This document shows, one piece after another, positions 49,336-58,713 of a stretch of 64,000 nt of DNA. The position numbers and the translations under genes were made by a program. The DNA is from a virus (lineage: Duplodnaviria > Heunggongvirae > Uroviricota > Caudoviricetes): IMG/VR virus record IMGVR_UViG_3300035661_000015, positions 64,001 through 128,000 of that record; one strand, given 5' to 3'. The notes under the pieces were generated by a model. It was not told the DNA's origin. It did no database searches and worked only from the letters and a program-made list of their open reading frames with translations. Every line of letters starts with the position of its first letter. The stretch's first letter is position 1.

Positions 49336-50433
49336 TTAACTAGTTAGACCACCCGGATCTTGTGGGTGAAGAACAGTATAATCATTGAAAGTAATGTAGC
49401 TATATTTAAATGTTACGTTTCCACCACCCGTATCACCACCGCCCATTGTTACGGACTGCAATTTATTTTGCGTTCCAAGGTCGATATAAGTACCTTCTTG
49501 AGAAGCAATTTTAATCGTACGTGGCAAAAGGTTATTTCCATAAGTCTGTACACCGGCTTCCGTAGCCGAAATCTTATCCCACTGAGTACCAATCGTTTCT
49601 ATTTCCGAACGAACCTGAACTGGGAATTGAACATATCTAACATATGGTGATTTATTACCAAGTTGATAGATTGGGGTACGACCAAGGTCAGTACTAACAG
49701 AAATACTTTGAATGTGGGCATTATAAAAACCAGCCGAGTTGACTAGGTTAGTTCCACTCGCCGTAATACCATCAATATCCGGAGGAAGAATGGTGGCGGG
49801 CTTAGCAAATGTTACCGCGACTTGATTATTCGCATCTAAAGTAGTGATCGTAGCAGGAATAGCATAAACTAAGTGCTGTCTACGATTTATACCACCAGAA
49901 GCACCGATAGCAAGAGGAACTTCATTTCCAGGGAAAGTGTTTGCGTTTACAAAGCTACCAACACCAGTTGTCCATACTTTATTATTTGCGATAAGGCTGA
50001 GTGTTTCACTAAAATTACCCTGTACTGGGAAACTAAAAGCAGTTGAATTTGGATAAGCACCGGAAACAATAACTTCACTAATCGGAACGCCCGAAGCGGA
50101 AGTTTGAGTATCGGCATAAATATCCATAGCAAAACTACATCTAGCGTTTGATCTACCCGCTAAAGTTCCGTTTGGGGCACCATTGGTAGCCTGTAAGAAC
50201 ATCGGGGCAGTACCATCAAAAAGCTTTTCAAGATTAATTTCGATGTCGGGAATATTTTCAATGTTTTGAAAAATCTGAATTTGACCAATTTCAAAAGCCT
50301 GTTCAAGATTAAAGCTGGTAGTCATACCAATACTCTGTAAACCCTGTAGGCGGGTGTAGCTAGTGCTACCGTCTTTAGCAATGCCTGCCGCAAGACAGGC
50401 AAAGAAAATTCTATTATTAGCGGCCATTAACAT
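49336..50433 (-). CDS. Major tail tube protein
   Basis: GLQSIGMTTSFNLEQAFEIGQ pattern; position after the neck genes. Confidence 0.7.
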   Translation of the reverse strand: MLMAANNRIFFACLAAGIAKDGSTSYTRLQGLQSIGMTTSFNLEQAFEIGQIQIFQNIENIPDIEINLEKLFDGTAPMFLQATNGAPNGTLAGRSNARCSFAMDIYADTQTSASGVPISEVIVSGAYPNSTAFSFPVQGNFSETLSLIANNKVWTTGVGSFVNANTFPGNEVPLAIGASGGINRRQHLVYAIPATITTLDANNQVAVTFAKPATILPPDIDGITASGTNLVNSAGFYNAHIQSISVSTDLGRTPIYQLGNKSPYVRYVQFPVQVRSEIETIGTQWDKISATEAGVQTYGNNLLPRTIKIASQEGTYIDLGTQNKLQSVTMGGGDTGGGNVTFKYSYITFNDYTVLHPQDPGGLTS

Positions 50434-50442
50434 GCTCCTATT

Positions 50443-51420
50443 TTAAAATTCGGGAAAGTCTATTTCTAATGTCGCCCTGATAGTAGCAGTCATTAAAAAG
50501 GGCGTTGCTGTTTGATCTTGAGCTATCACTCTATCGAACACAAGTCTTTTGTACCTAAAGCCATCGGGTTGAGGATTTACCATCTCTGGATAAGTAAAAG
50601 CGTTATTATTAAATACACCGTCCCAACCTAATGGAAACACCCCGGACCTAGCTACAAGATTACGATCATATAAGTAAATTGTACTATCTTTTTGATTACA
50701 AATAATATCTTTTAAAGTCCTGGTATCCGAACTATATTCGCCAAAAATATGAAATAAAACATCTTCTTTTACAAAGTGCCCACCCCCAACATTCGCGGGT
50801 CTCGCTGAGTTTCGCCCTACAACCTCTACTATGATTGCTGGCATTTGAACCCTAGTTTGTCCAAGCGTATTTCTACTTCCCGAGGCGGCTAGTTTCATTG
50901 AAGGATCATCTAGTCTCAATGAATTAAATTCTAGTTGCTTAAACCACGGCGAATCACTTGTTTGGATAGATACATTTCTATAACTATATTCGGCCTGAAC
51001 AGTTGATGAGGCTGGTATAGGGGAATTAAAAATAATACGACCTAGGGGATAATTAATCTTATAGGCGTATGGTCCAGTGGTAGCTAATGGAAGAAAAGTA
51101 TTATTAAGGTAGATACCACTTATATTAATTGGGTGGACGGGATAATCAAAACTCACCCCAGACGCCTTAGCTTCCCAAACCCAATTTTCCTTAAAGCCCT
51201 CAAAAATAGTATTATCTGTAAAATTAGGATCGTGTACTGGTCTCATTACACTACCGTTATTACCATATGCACCAGAAGTACTTAGGGTAATATTACTAAA
51301 ACCACCTATATTCAAAAGTCCCCAATTTAGGAAGTCGACAAGGTTTAAGCCAAGATTCTGTTCAAACCCAACATCACCTATTTCCGTCGTCCCTTTTATT
51401 TGCGTAAATGGATATGACAT
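50443..51420 (-). CDS. Tail completion/terminator-like protein
   Basis: QMPAIIVEV; synteny. Confidence 0.5.
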   Translation of the reverse strand: MSYPFTQIKGTTEIGDVGFEQNLGLNLVDFLNWGLLNIGGFSNITLSTSGAYGNNGSVMRPVHDPNFTDNTIFEGFKENWVWEAKASGVSFDYPVHPINISGIYLNNTFLPLATTGPYAYKINYPLGRIIFNSPIPASSTVQAEYSYRNVSIQTSDSPWFKQLEFNSLRLDDPSMKLAASGSRNTLGQTRVQMPAIIVEVVGRNSARPANVGGGHFVKEDVLFHIFGEYSSDTRTLKDIICNQKDSTIYLYDRNLVARSGVFPLGWDGVFNNNAFTYPEMVNPQPDGFRYKRLVFDRVIAQDQTATPFLMTATIRATLEIDFPEF

Positions 51421-52073
51421 TACGCCCCCTTCTTAATTTCTTCTAATAGTATTTTTCCGAATCTTTCCTTAATCGTTTTTATGTCAAGGGCTTTTGTTAG
51501 AAAGTTATAGCCGGGCATACCCGCGTGTTCCGGTGGCACTCGCCATGTTCCGCCAGGAATCATAACGGCCTGATGTGATCTAGAAGGAACTAAGCTTGTA
51601 TATAAAATATGATGGTCTACAACTATGATCCTGTCACCCTGAGTTAAAAGCCACTCTAACCAATTGATCGTATAAGAATTCGATTTATATGAAGTATTGG
51701 GGATGACGAACAAATCCTGATAGTCGGATTTTAAAATTGAAAAAGAAAATTTACCACCAGTGCTTAGCGTAGAAATAGTATATGGAATAAAGTCTATCTC
51801 TAGACTATTTTTAATTACAACTAAGAGTCTATCAAGAATGTGTCGGGGCGAAATCAAACCCATTTGGGCCTGTAAATTATTGACGCCCTGTCCTAAAAGT
51901 GAGTTGTATGTGGGCGACTCTTTTATGAGGGTTTCGACTAACGCTTTAAAGCGTTCTGATATGATGGGCCGCCTCTTGGAAATCGCCCCATTAATTTTCT
52001 TCGCAAAAGCCGCCCCTATACTTTCCGCTAATTTTGACGAATCAAAAACTAACTGTAGTCCTATATCATTCAT
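51420..52073 (-). CDS. Neck protein candidate
   Basis: WLEWLL..G; WRVPPEHAG; synteny. Confidence 0.45.
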   Translation of the reverse strand: MNDIGLQLVFDSSKLAESIGAAFAKKINGAISKRRPIISERFKALVETLIKESPTYNSLLGQGVNNLQAQMGLISPRHILDRLLVVIKNSLEIDFIPYTISTLSTGGKFSFSILKSDYQDLFVIPNTSYKSNSYTINWLEWLLTQGDRIIVVDHHILYTSLVPSRSHQAVMIPGGTWRVPPEHAGMPGYNFLTKALDIKTIKERFGKILLEEIKKGA

Positions 52074-52591
52074 GACCTATCCCAATAGCAATTAAAAAAG
52101 TTATCTTTGAAAAAACCATTTTGATCTATTGGCTCAGAAGAAAGAAGGTAAGAAAATTTTTGTTCGGACTGTAATTCGGGCTGAACGACCATCCTGTTAC
52201 ACTGTTGAACTTTAGGAAAATCTTCTATTTTACCACGTGTTAATATTCTTGAGTCCGGAATTCTTACATTAACATTCCCATTTGGAATCCATTTTTTTAG
52301 ATTAGTAACTACAACCATCTGTATATCTTCACTAGATTCTTGAGCTATACTATTAGTACCGCCGCAAGACGGACAGGTTCCAAGGGAATTAATTTGTCCG
52401 CCATGTAAATAAAAGCTAGATGACCTTACACTTTCATCGGATGCGGCAGCTAGGGCATCTGCACAGGTTGAGCAATCCACTATGATGGATGGATAATAAA
52501 GGCGACAAGTCTTTGAGAAAAGATCATGTTCATCTTTAACGTATTGAAGTAATTGGGCTTTCTGGGAAATTATAAAATCAAAAGCACCCAT
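52070..52591 (-). CDS. Head closure/neck protein candidate with CxxC motifs
   Basis: CSTC, CPSC; synteny. Confidence 0.45.
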   Translation of the reverse strand: MGAFDFIISQKAQLLQYVKDEHDLFSKTCRLYYPSIIVDCSTCADALAAASDESVRSSSFYLHGGQINSLGTCPSCGGTNSIAQESSEDIQMVVVTNLKKWIPNGNVNVRIPDSRILTRGKIEDFPKVQQCNRMVVQPELQSEQKFSYLLSSEPIDQNGFFKDNFFNCYWDRS

Positions 52592-52600
52592 ATGACCCCC

Positions 52601-53125
52601 TTACGGTAAAAATCCCAAATATTGAAAAGCACCGCGTCTTTGACCGGCAAAAAAGCCGTTCGCATAATATCCAACTCTGAAAGGTGTAAGAATCGCCCTA
52701 CCATTCATCCTAGTGGCAATTGTATATTGTAAACGAGCATCGTCATATAATTGATTAGCCAATGATGCTTCGGTTTTTAGGGCATCCTGAAGTTTCGTCG
52801 TATCAACCGTAGAGCCCCCAATATCCTTAACTATAATTCCAGCCGCACTAGATTTTAATTTAGAATTACTGAGGATTTGGGCCGCTTTTAAACAAGTTAA
52901 AACAGTAAAGTCCGGATCAAACGTATCTGTAATAGTTGGATCTGGCGTAATTCCAGTTGCAACAATGTCGAAGGTATATGTTTGATTAAAAGTTATTTCC
53001 CTACTAGCTTGAAGACCAGCTACAACTAATAATTGTTGAACGCGACCATCGGAATAGGTTGGGGGCGAACCTAGATCATTAATCATATATCTAAATTCTA
53101 GAGCCATTTGATCTTGCCAAGCCAT
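52601..53125 (-). CDS. Head-tail adaptor candidate
   Basis: Start moved to ATG 53125 (GGAGG upstream); RYMINDL...YSD; directly after the capsid gene. Confidence 0.55.
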   Translation of the reverse strand: MAWQDQMALEFRYMINDLGSPPTYSDGRVQQLLVVAGLQASREITFNQTYTFDIVATGITPDPTITDTFDPDFTVLTCLKAAQILSNSKLKSSAAGIIVKDIGGSTVDTTKLQDALKTEASLANQLYDDARLQYTIATRMNGRAILTPFRVGYYANGFFAGQRRGAFQYLGFLP

Positions 53126-53261
53126 AGTACCTCCAAAAATAAAAGGGCGGGCGTCGAACACTCGCCGCCGCCCCAATAAAAATGTTTGAAAGCATGAGCG
53201 GAGAAAGTAAAGGATTAGGGCGATTTTAAGGCCGCCCCTACCTATTTCTCCGCTTATCTTC

Positions 53262-54281
53262 TTAGTAAGAGCCTAGGATAATCGGACGGTTGTCAGTGAT
53301 AGCGAAACCATGTTCGCCTTCACCCCACCAACCCTGCTTACGTGCTCTACGTAGACTGTCGTCCGGACGTAGACTGACTTCTTCTAGGATTGGATTTTTA
53401 AATGCGTCAACAGTTTCAAGGTCTAGACCAAGAATTAATTCAACATCACTACCCTGTAGGACACCACCTAAATCAGTCTGATAGAAGTTTTGATATTCCT
53501 GATCTTCACCAAGTTCGTCGATGTCGTGAAGATTAACACTAAAGATACGGTTAAAGGAACCGTCTTCGGCCAAGAAAATGTCTCTACGGGTAAATTCGTC
53601 AACCTGATCAAGATTCCAATTACGCATGTCTTCAATGCCTTCTGGCGAAATGAACATGTCGGTAAGCTTAAATCTCTCAACCGAGGTCGAGTTACCACCA
53701 CCGTTACGTCTCATCACAACCTTCATAAGAGAAATAAGTCTCTTAGAGAATTGACCCTGAATCGCGTCCGAATCGTAGACAACTACGTTACGGTCAACAC
53801 CAGCGGCCATTAAAAGGTGCCAAGCGTCATCATTCCGTTTCTTGATGAAACCAGCTTCAAGAATTTCCATAGCACGAGCGACAACATCCCAACGGGCGTC
53901 ACGAGCGTACTTTTCGGACCAGTCGATACCATTACCAACCACGTAGGTTGGAACCATTAGGTAATCACCTTCGATATATTTATTAGGAATCATACCAACA
54001 CGAGGAACGGTATAAGCAACATAGTCTTTTTCCGTACCGGGGGCGATAGGATCTAATGGGTATTCAATAGCAATACCGGGCTGAAAGGTATTTTTGGTAA
54101 AGATATCGGAAGTGATATCACCAGGAAAAATACCCATACGAAGTTGGTCGCCAAGCATACTAGCTAAAAGTTCTTTAGCTTCCTCGACTTGACGGGCGGA
54201 ACCACTTTTAAAATAGGTGGCCTTCAATACATCACGCATTTCCTGAGTGATTTTACTTTCATCATAACGCTTACGAGCCAT
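53262..54281 (-). CDS. Major capsid protein (HK97 fold presumed)
   Basis: 339 aa; GGAG RBS; follows protease/scaffold and decoration genes; hairpin immediately downstream. Confidence 0.78.
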   Translation of the reverse strand: MARKRYDESKITQEMRDVLKATYFKSGSARQVEEAKELLASMLGDQLRMGIFPGDITSDIFTKNTFQPGIAIEYPLDPIAPGTEKDYVAYTVPRVGMIPNKYIEGDYLMVPTYVVGNGIDWSEKYARDARWDVVARAMEILEAGFIKKRNDDAWHLLMAAGVDRNVVVYDSDAIQGQFSKRLISLMKVVMRRNGGGNSTSVERFKLTDMFISPEGIEDMRNWNLDQVDEFTRRDIFLAEDGSFNRIFSVNLHDIDELGEDQEYQNFYQTDLGGVLQGSDVELILGLDLETVDAFKNPILEEVSLRPDDSLRRARKQGWWGEGEHGFAITDNRPIILGSY

Positions 54282-54306
54282 ATTTATATCTCCAAATTAT
54301 ATTTGA

Positions 54307-54768
54307 TTACTGTGGTAAGTTAACTTCAAGTTTGACATAACCATCTTCGTCGGGCGAGCTAAGGAACTGGCCGACAGGAGGATTAATAAGGGCCGAAGCT
54401 TGGGTAGGTGTCGCAACGCCCGAACTTCCAAGATATGCCTTAGCACCACCTGTAGGACTTCCGGAATAATTACTTGTTACAGCCCAACCCTTACGCATAA
54501 GGTTTGCCTTACCACCAATCTGGGTTTCATCTTTGTGGAAGTTAATGTGCTGTTTGGTTAGGTCGTAGTTAACGAAATCATTCATTAACATACCAATTGG
54601 ATAAGAACCCGAAGAGTTATTTGCATAAGCTACGGCGGCATTAGCCTGATCTAGAGCAGCACCACTACCAGCCGTTACGATAGAAGCAATTCCACCACGG
54701 GTTGAAACCGAGTTGCAGAAAAAGCTAATATCTTCCTGAATTACTAGACGATCACCTTTAAGAGCCAT
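54307..54768 (-). CDS. Capsid decoration/cement protein
   Basis: 153 aa, small-residue rich, located between scaffold and capsid genes. Confidence 0.6.
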   Translation of the reverse strand: MALKGDRLVIQEDISFFCNSVSTRGGIASIVTAGSGAALDQANAAVAYANNSSGSYPIGMLMNDFVNYDLTKQHINFHKDETQIGGKANLMRKGWAVTSNYSGSPTGGAKAYLGSSGVATPTQASALINPPVGQFLSSPDEDGYVKLEVNLPQ

Positions 54769-54788
54769 ATTCTATATCTCCGATTTAA

Positions 54789-56213
54789 TTACTTTGACTT
54801 AGTTTTAGTTTTAGCTTTGCTACGGTTAACAGGTTCCGCAGAACCTAGGAAACTTGCAACCGAAGTTTTAAGTTCGGTGAATTTGCTAGTGTTTTCGGTT
54901 GGATTGATTGGGGCCGCTTCTGGCTCAGCATTTTCAATTGCAGCTACAGCGGTTTTAACTTCTTCAACTTTAGGTTCAACAACAGGTGTTGATATAGATG
55001 CTTCAAGTGGCTTAATAGTTTCAACCAAGTCATTAAAAGTAGATTCATCTAACTTGCTAAACTTAGCGACAAGCTCACTAGCTTTATCTTTATTAAAACC
55101 GGCAGATAATAGAGTATTAAGACGGGTATCTTCAATCTTTGAAGCTTGTAGAGTAGCAACTTCCGTTTTAACATCAGAAATGGTTTTGTTAAGGTCAACC
55201 TTTTCGCTTTCTAAAGTCTGTACAGTTGTCTTATAAGTAGCAACTTCTGTTTTAAGAGTTTCAATTACAGTTTCTTTAGTTGCAAGTTCGTTTTCAAGCT
55301 TACCAACTTTAGCGGTAAGATCTTCTTTTTCTTTATTAGCTAGACTATTTTTTAATGCCTCAAATTCGGCCTTTATAGTCTGCAATTCTTTTAATTCTGG
55401 TGATTCCATTAATGTGTCTCCGATTGAACTTATTAGTACAGATGTTTTTGGTGAAATACTGGCGGTAGAATTAATAATAACACTATCTGGATTTGCGGGA
55501 TTATCTGTTAAGCCCTGGCCTGAAAAAATATACTTTCTAGGTACTATGCAAACAGTGTGTCCGTCGTACTGACCAGTGCCCCCAAAGACCTTTAAGTATT
55601 TGGTGAGATAAGACGTTTCGTCGTTTCTCGCTATGATATTAAATACACCATTGGGCTTTTTAGCCGCGTAATCAAACTCATCATAAAGGCACTCCATTGA
55701 GACGGCCCATTTATCTTCGGGAATTTCGCCCACGATTTTATCAATCTTGTCTTTTCTATCTTTGTCACGCCAGTTTCTATAAATGACGCCCTTCGATTGA
55801 AGATGAAACTTTTCTGGCAAATCAGCTAAGATTGTATCGTCATTAATTAGATTTAATTCATCGTCGATTGGGAAAGAACAATTAAGGTGTCCGATAATGT
55901 CGAATTCATTATGATTTAAATTAAATGGCTTATCTTTACCCGTATTTCTAGCGGCCCAAAGATCTTCATGAGTAAAATAAACATCGTTCAAATTTTTACC
56001 AGTGCTAACAAGAATAGCGTCAACTGGATAAACATCGGAAAAGGTAAGGGTTTCTGCTAAAAGAAAATCATTTTTAGTTCTAGAAGCAAGCAATTCTTTT
56101 GGGGCTTCCGTAATTAAACTTGGCCTTATACTCGCCATAATATTTAAACTAGATCGGCTAGAGATTATGTCCCCTAGCCCATCTTTATGTTCGTATCTAT
56201 AAACCTTAGCCAT
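54789..56213 (-). CDS. Prohead protease fused to coiled-coil scaffold
   Basis: NLNH, IIGH, VSMEC protease-like motifs; C-terminal heptad-rich region. Confidence 0.7.
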   Translation of the reverse strand: MAKVYRYEHKDGLGDIISSRSSLNIMASIRPSLITEAPKELLASRTKNDFLLAETLTFSDVYPVDAILVSTGKNLNDVYFTHEDLWAARNTGKDKPFNLNHNEFDIIGHLNCSFPIDDELNLINDDTILADLPEKFHLQSKGVIYRNWRDKDRKDKIDKIVGEIPEDKWAVSMECLYDEFDYAAKKPNGVFNIIARNDETSYLTKYLKVFGGTGQYDGHTVCIVPRKYIFSGQGLTDNPANPDSVIINSTASISPKTSVLISSIGDTLMESPELKELQTIKAEFEALKNSLANKEKEDLTAKVGKLENELATKETVIETLKTEVATYKTTVQTLESEKVDLNKTISDVKTEVATLQASKIEDTRLNTLLSAGFNKDKASELVAKFSKLDESTFNDLVETIKPLEASISTPVVEPKVEEVKTAVAAIENAEPEAAPINPTENTSKFTELKTSVASFLGSAEPVNRSKAKTKTKSK

Positions 56214-56216
56214 CTA

Positions 56217-56510
56217 TTAGTCCTTTCTGAAAAAAGAACTTAAGTCTTTCTTTAGGTTGGTTTTATTATCTCTAGAGGCGGATAGAGTTTTTATACCGTC
56301 ATTAATAACTGTTGCGTAAATCGTTTGTGTCTTAGTAGTGTCACCAACCTTTTCACTTGAATTTAAACTAACCGAAACTTCTTCTTCGTCACTACCATAC
56401 TCTTTATACCTATAGGCCGAGACGCTATAAAGATTGGGAACTTCCGCACCATCGATAGTAGCTGAAAGAGTCTCCGCCTTAGTGTCTATGGTCACGACAA
56501 TTAATGCCAT
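56217..56510 (-). CDS. Hypothetical protein
   Basis: 97-aa coupled ORF. Confidence 0.55.
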   Translation of the reverse strand: MALIVVTIDTKAETLSATIDGAEVPNLYSVSAYRYKEYGSDEEEVSVSLNSSEKVGDTTKTQTIYATVINDGIKTLSASRDNKTNLKKDLSSFFRKD

Positions 56511-58627
56511 TATTCTTCTCCCGTTTTTATAATAGAATAAATCAAACCTTGTAAGTTAGAACTATCTTTAAATTCTTCTGTATAGTTAGATAATAAGCAC
56601 TGATCAAAAATTGTGTCAGCAATAGAAGTATCTTTAAGTAAAATACACTTAAGTGATTCGGACGTAATCTCTTGACTGTCAATATTCATTAAAGATGCGA
56701 ATATCATCTTTTCGCAATTAATTTTACCTTCTTGGGAACCGAGTGTGCCCATTTTCTCATAAGCGGAGAAAAGTATAGGGGCGATTTTGTTATATTTCTC
56801 GCGTCCCTCGTACATCGCATCGATGAAAGCCTTCGACGTTTGGGGCTTGACATTTTTGGGCGGTCTCTTTGAACTATCCTTGCTATTTACGGGGCGACCT
56901 TGGCCGGACCTACCAACGGGCTTATTTAAATCTTCACTCCTCACCTTTTGAAGATCAAGTAAGGAAACTTCGCCGGGAGCACGTTCATTTAGTTCAAGAC
57001 CAGCCTCACTTGGGGTAATCTGGCCATTTTGAAGGGCAATTTTAGTAAGGGTAAGTTGGGGATTTGCGTCAGGATAGGCACCGGCTTTTGGTGCAAACCT
57101 ACCATCGACTTGGCCCCTATACTCTCTCTTTGCCCTACTCGCTTCGATATCTGGCAATAGGCCGAACCTTTCCTGTAGGGTTTCAACACTAATTATATTT
57201 CTATCTACCAACTGAATCCAAAGGGCTTTTTCGGCGGATTCATCAGAAAGTGACATATAATCAAAAACGATCTGGGCGGGCGTAGGAATCCCCATAGCTT
57301 TAGAGAAAAGTTCAATTTCCTTTTCCCAAAAACGTGTTAGGGCGTCCCGGCCATACTTAAGTCTTTCTAATAGGGTTTTGGTAGAAATAAAATTATTAGT
57401 TAATCCGCCCCCAGATTTTCCCGCTAACGACGGCGGTACACCTAGTCCGGAAAAAATCATAGACTTACATTCCTGGTATTTTTCACTACCAAGGAATTGG
57501 TGACCGTCCGACTCAGTTTCAACTAAGCTAATAGCGTCGTTCCAAACAATGTCGGTAACGCCCCCAGGAACCTGATTCATTAAAAGATCATTAAAAGCTG
57601 AAAGCAATCCGGCGGTTGGGGCAATTTTATGTTCTAAGCTACCTAGTTTCCAAACGCGAACTTTAGAGATAGCACCATCTAGGGCCGAAGCGTCAGCCAT
57701 AACCATTTTGTTATATTGTATGATCGAATCAATAATAGGGGCGGTCATCGGATAGGCAAAAATCTGCCAATCATCTTTTTTATAGAAGTGAATGCCGAAC
57801 TTATCGGGCGGCAATTCAATCATATTTTTCTTTTCATTAATATTGTCGGCAGAGAAAGGTGGGAGGGATTGTTTAATATGGATTTCTTGGGCGGTCTTAG
57901 GATTGAGTAGGGCTTTTTTAATTGACCCACTAATTCTAATACCGTAACGAATTCTACCAATAGACAATTCTAAATCTTCTCCGATTGGTTCAATGACGAG
58001 CGGATTAAGAAAAGTATAAATCCAAGGTATCTCTCTTTTTTCTAGACTTTCACCCTGAGGAATACCTTGCAAGTCGGCATTAGCTTTTTGAGTATACATT
58101 TTCTTAACATCGGTCGGCTTTAGCTTAGCTGTTGTTCTATAAAAGGGAACTTGGCCCGCTTTATAAAATAAGTTAAGAAATCTCTCACTACGCTCTTTAC
58201 CATTAACTTTCTTAAACCAATACTTAAAGATCTTCTCATGTCTTTTTGTTTTATGAACTAGGCGAATCCCTTGACTGCCTAGCTCACTCATCATATCAAT
58301 AACTTCATGTACGATCGGATTCTTATCATAGGCCGCCATACAAGCCGAAACCATACCTTTAATATAGGTTGGTGTAGCTTCGTTTGGCCGAAACCAATCC
58401 CTATCCTCTGATGTAAATGCGTCCCTAATAGAGACATTAGGAAGAATATTTTTAAAACGAAGGTTTGATTCAAGAACTCGTTTTTGATTACCGTCAGCAT
58501 CGTCTAAATATCTATCAAATTGGTCGGCCACCTGACTCATAATAGTCTTACGATCAGCATCATTGTCCCACGTTAACAATTCCGCCCTATCTCTTTGACC
58601 CGACATAACTTGTATTTTGTTATTCAT
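56510..58627 (-). CDS. Portal protein
   Basis: 705 aa directly after terminase; PIVHEVIDMM; helical; GVPPSL motif. Confidence 0.75.
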   Translation of the reverse strand: MNNKIQVMSGQRDRAELLTWDNDADRKTIMSQVADQFDRYLDDADGNQKRVLESNLRFKNILPNVSIRDAFTSEDRDWFRPNEATPTYIKGMVSACMAAYDKNPIVHEVIDMMSELGSQGIRLVHKTKRHEKIFKYWFKKVNGKERSERFLNLFYKAGQVPFYRTTAKLKPTDVKKMYTQKANADLQGIPQGESLEKREIPWIYTFLNPLVIEPIGEDLELSIGRIRYGIRISGSIKKALLNPKTAQEIHIKQSLPPFSADNINEKKNMIELPPDKFGIHFYKKDDWQIFAYPMTAPIIDSIIQYNKMVMADASALDGAISKVRVWKLGSLEHKIAPTAGLLSAFNDLLMNQVPGGVTDIVWNDAISLVETESDGHQFLGSEKYQECKSMIFSGLGVPPSLAGKSGGGLTNNFISTKTLLERLKYGRDALTRFWEKEIELFSKAMGIPTPAQIVFDYMSLSDESAEKALWIQLVDRNIISVETLQERFGLLPDIEASRAKREYRGQVDGRFAPKAGAYPDANPQLTLTKIALQNGQITPSEAGLELNERAPGEVSLLDLQKVRSEDLNKPVGRSGQGRPVNSKDSSKRPPKNVKPQTSKAFIDAMYEGREKYNKIAPILFSAYEKMGTLGSQEGKINCEKMIFASLMNIDSQEITSESLKCILLKDTSIADTIFDQCLLSNYTEEFKDSSNLQGLIYSIIKTGEE

Positions 58628-58713
58628 TTATAAAAATCCTTATGGATATAGGTAACAGGCATAGTATTAAATACACCCCGGATATAAGCGGAGAAAGTAA
58701 AGGGTTGGGGCGA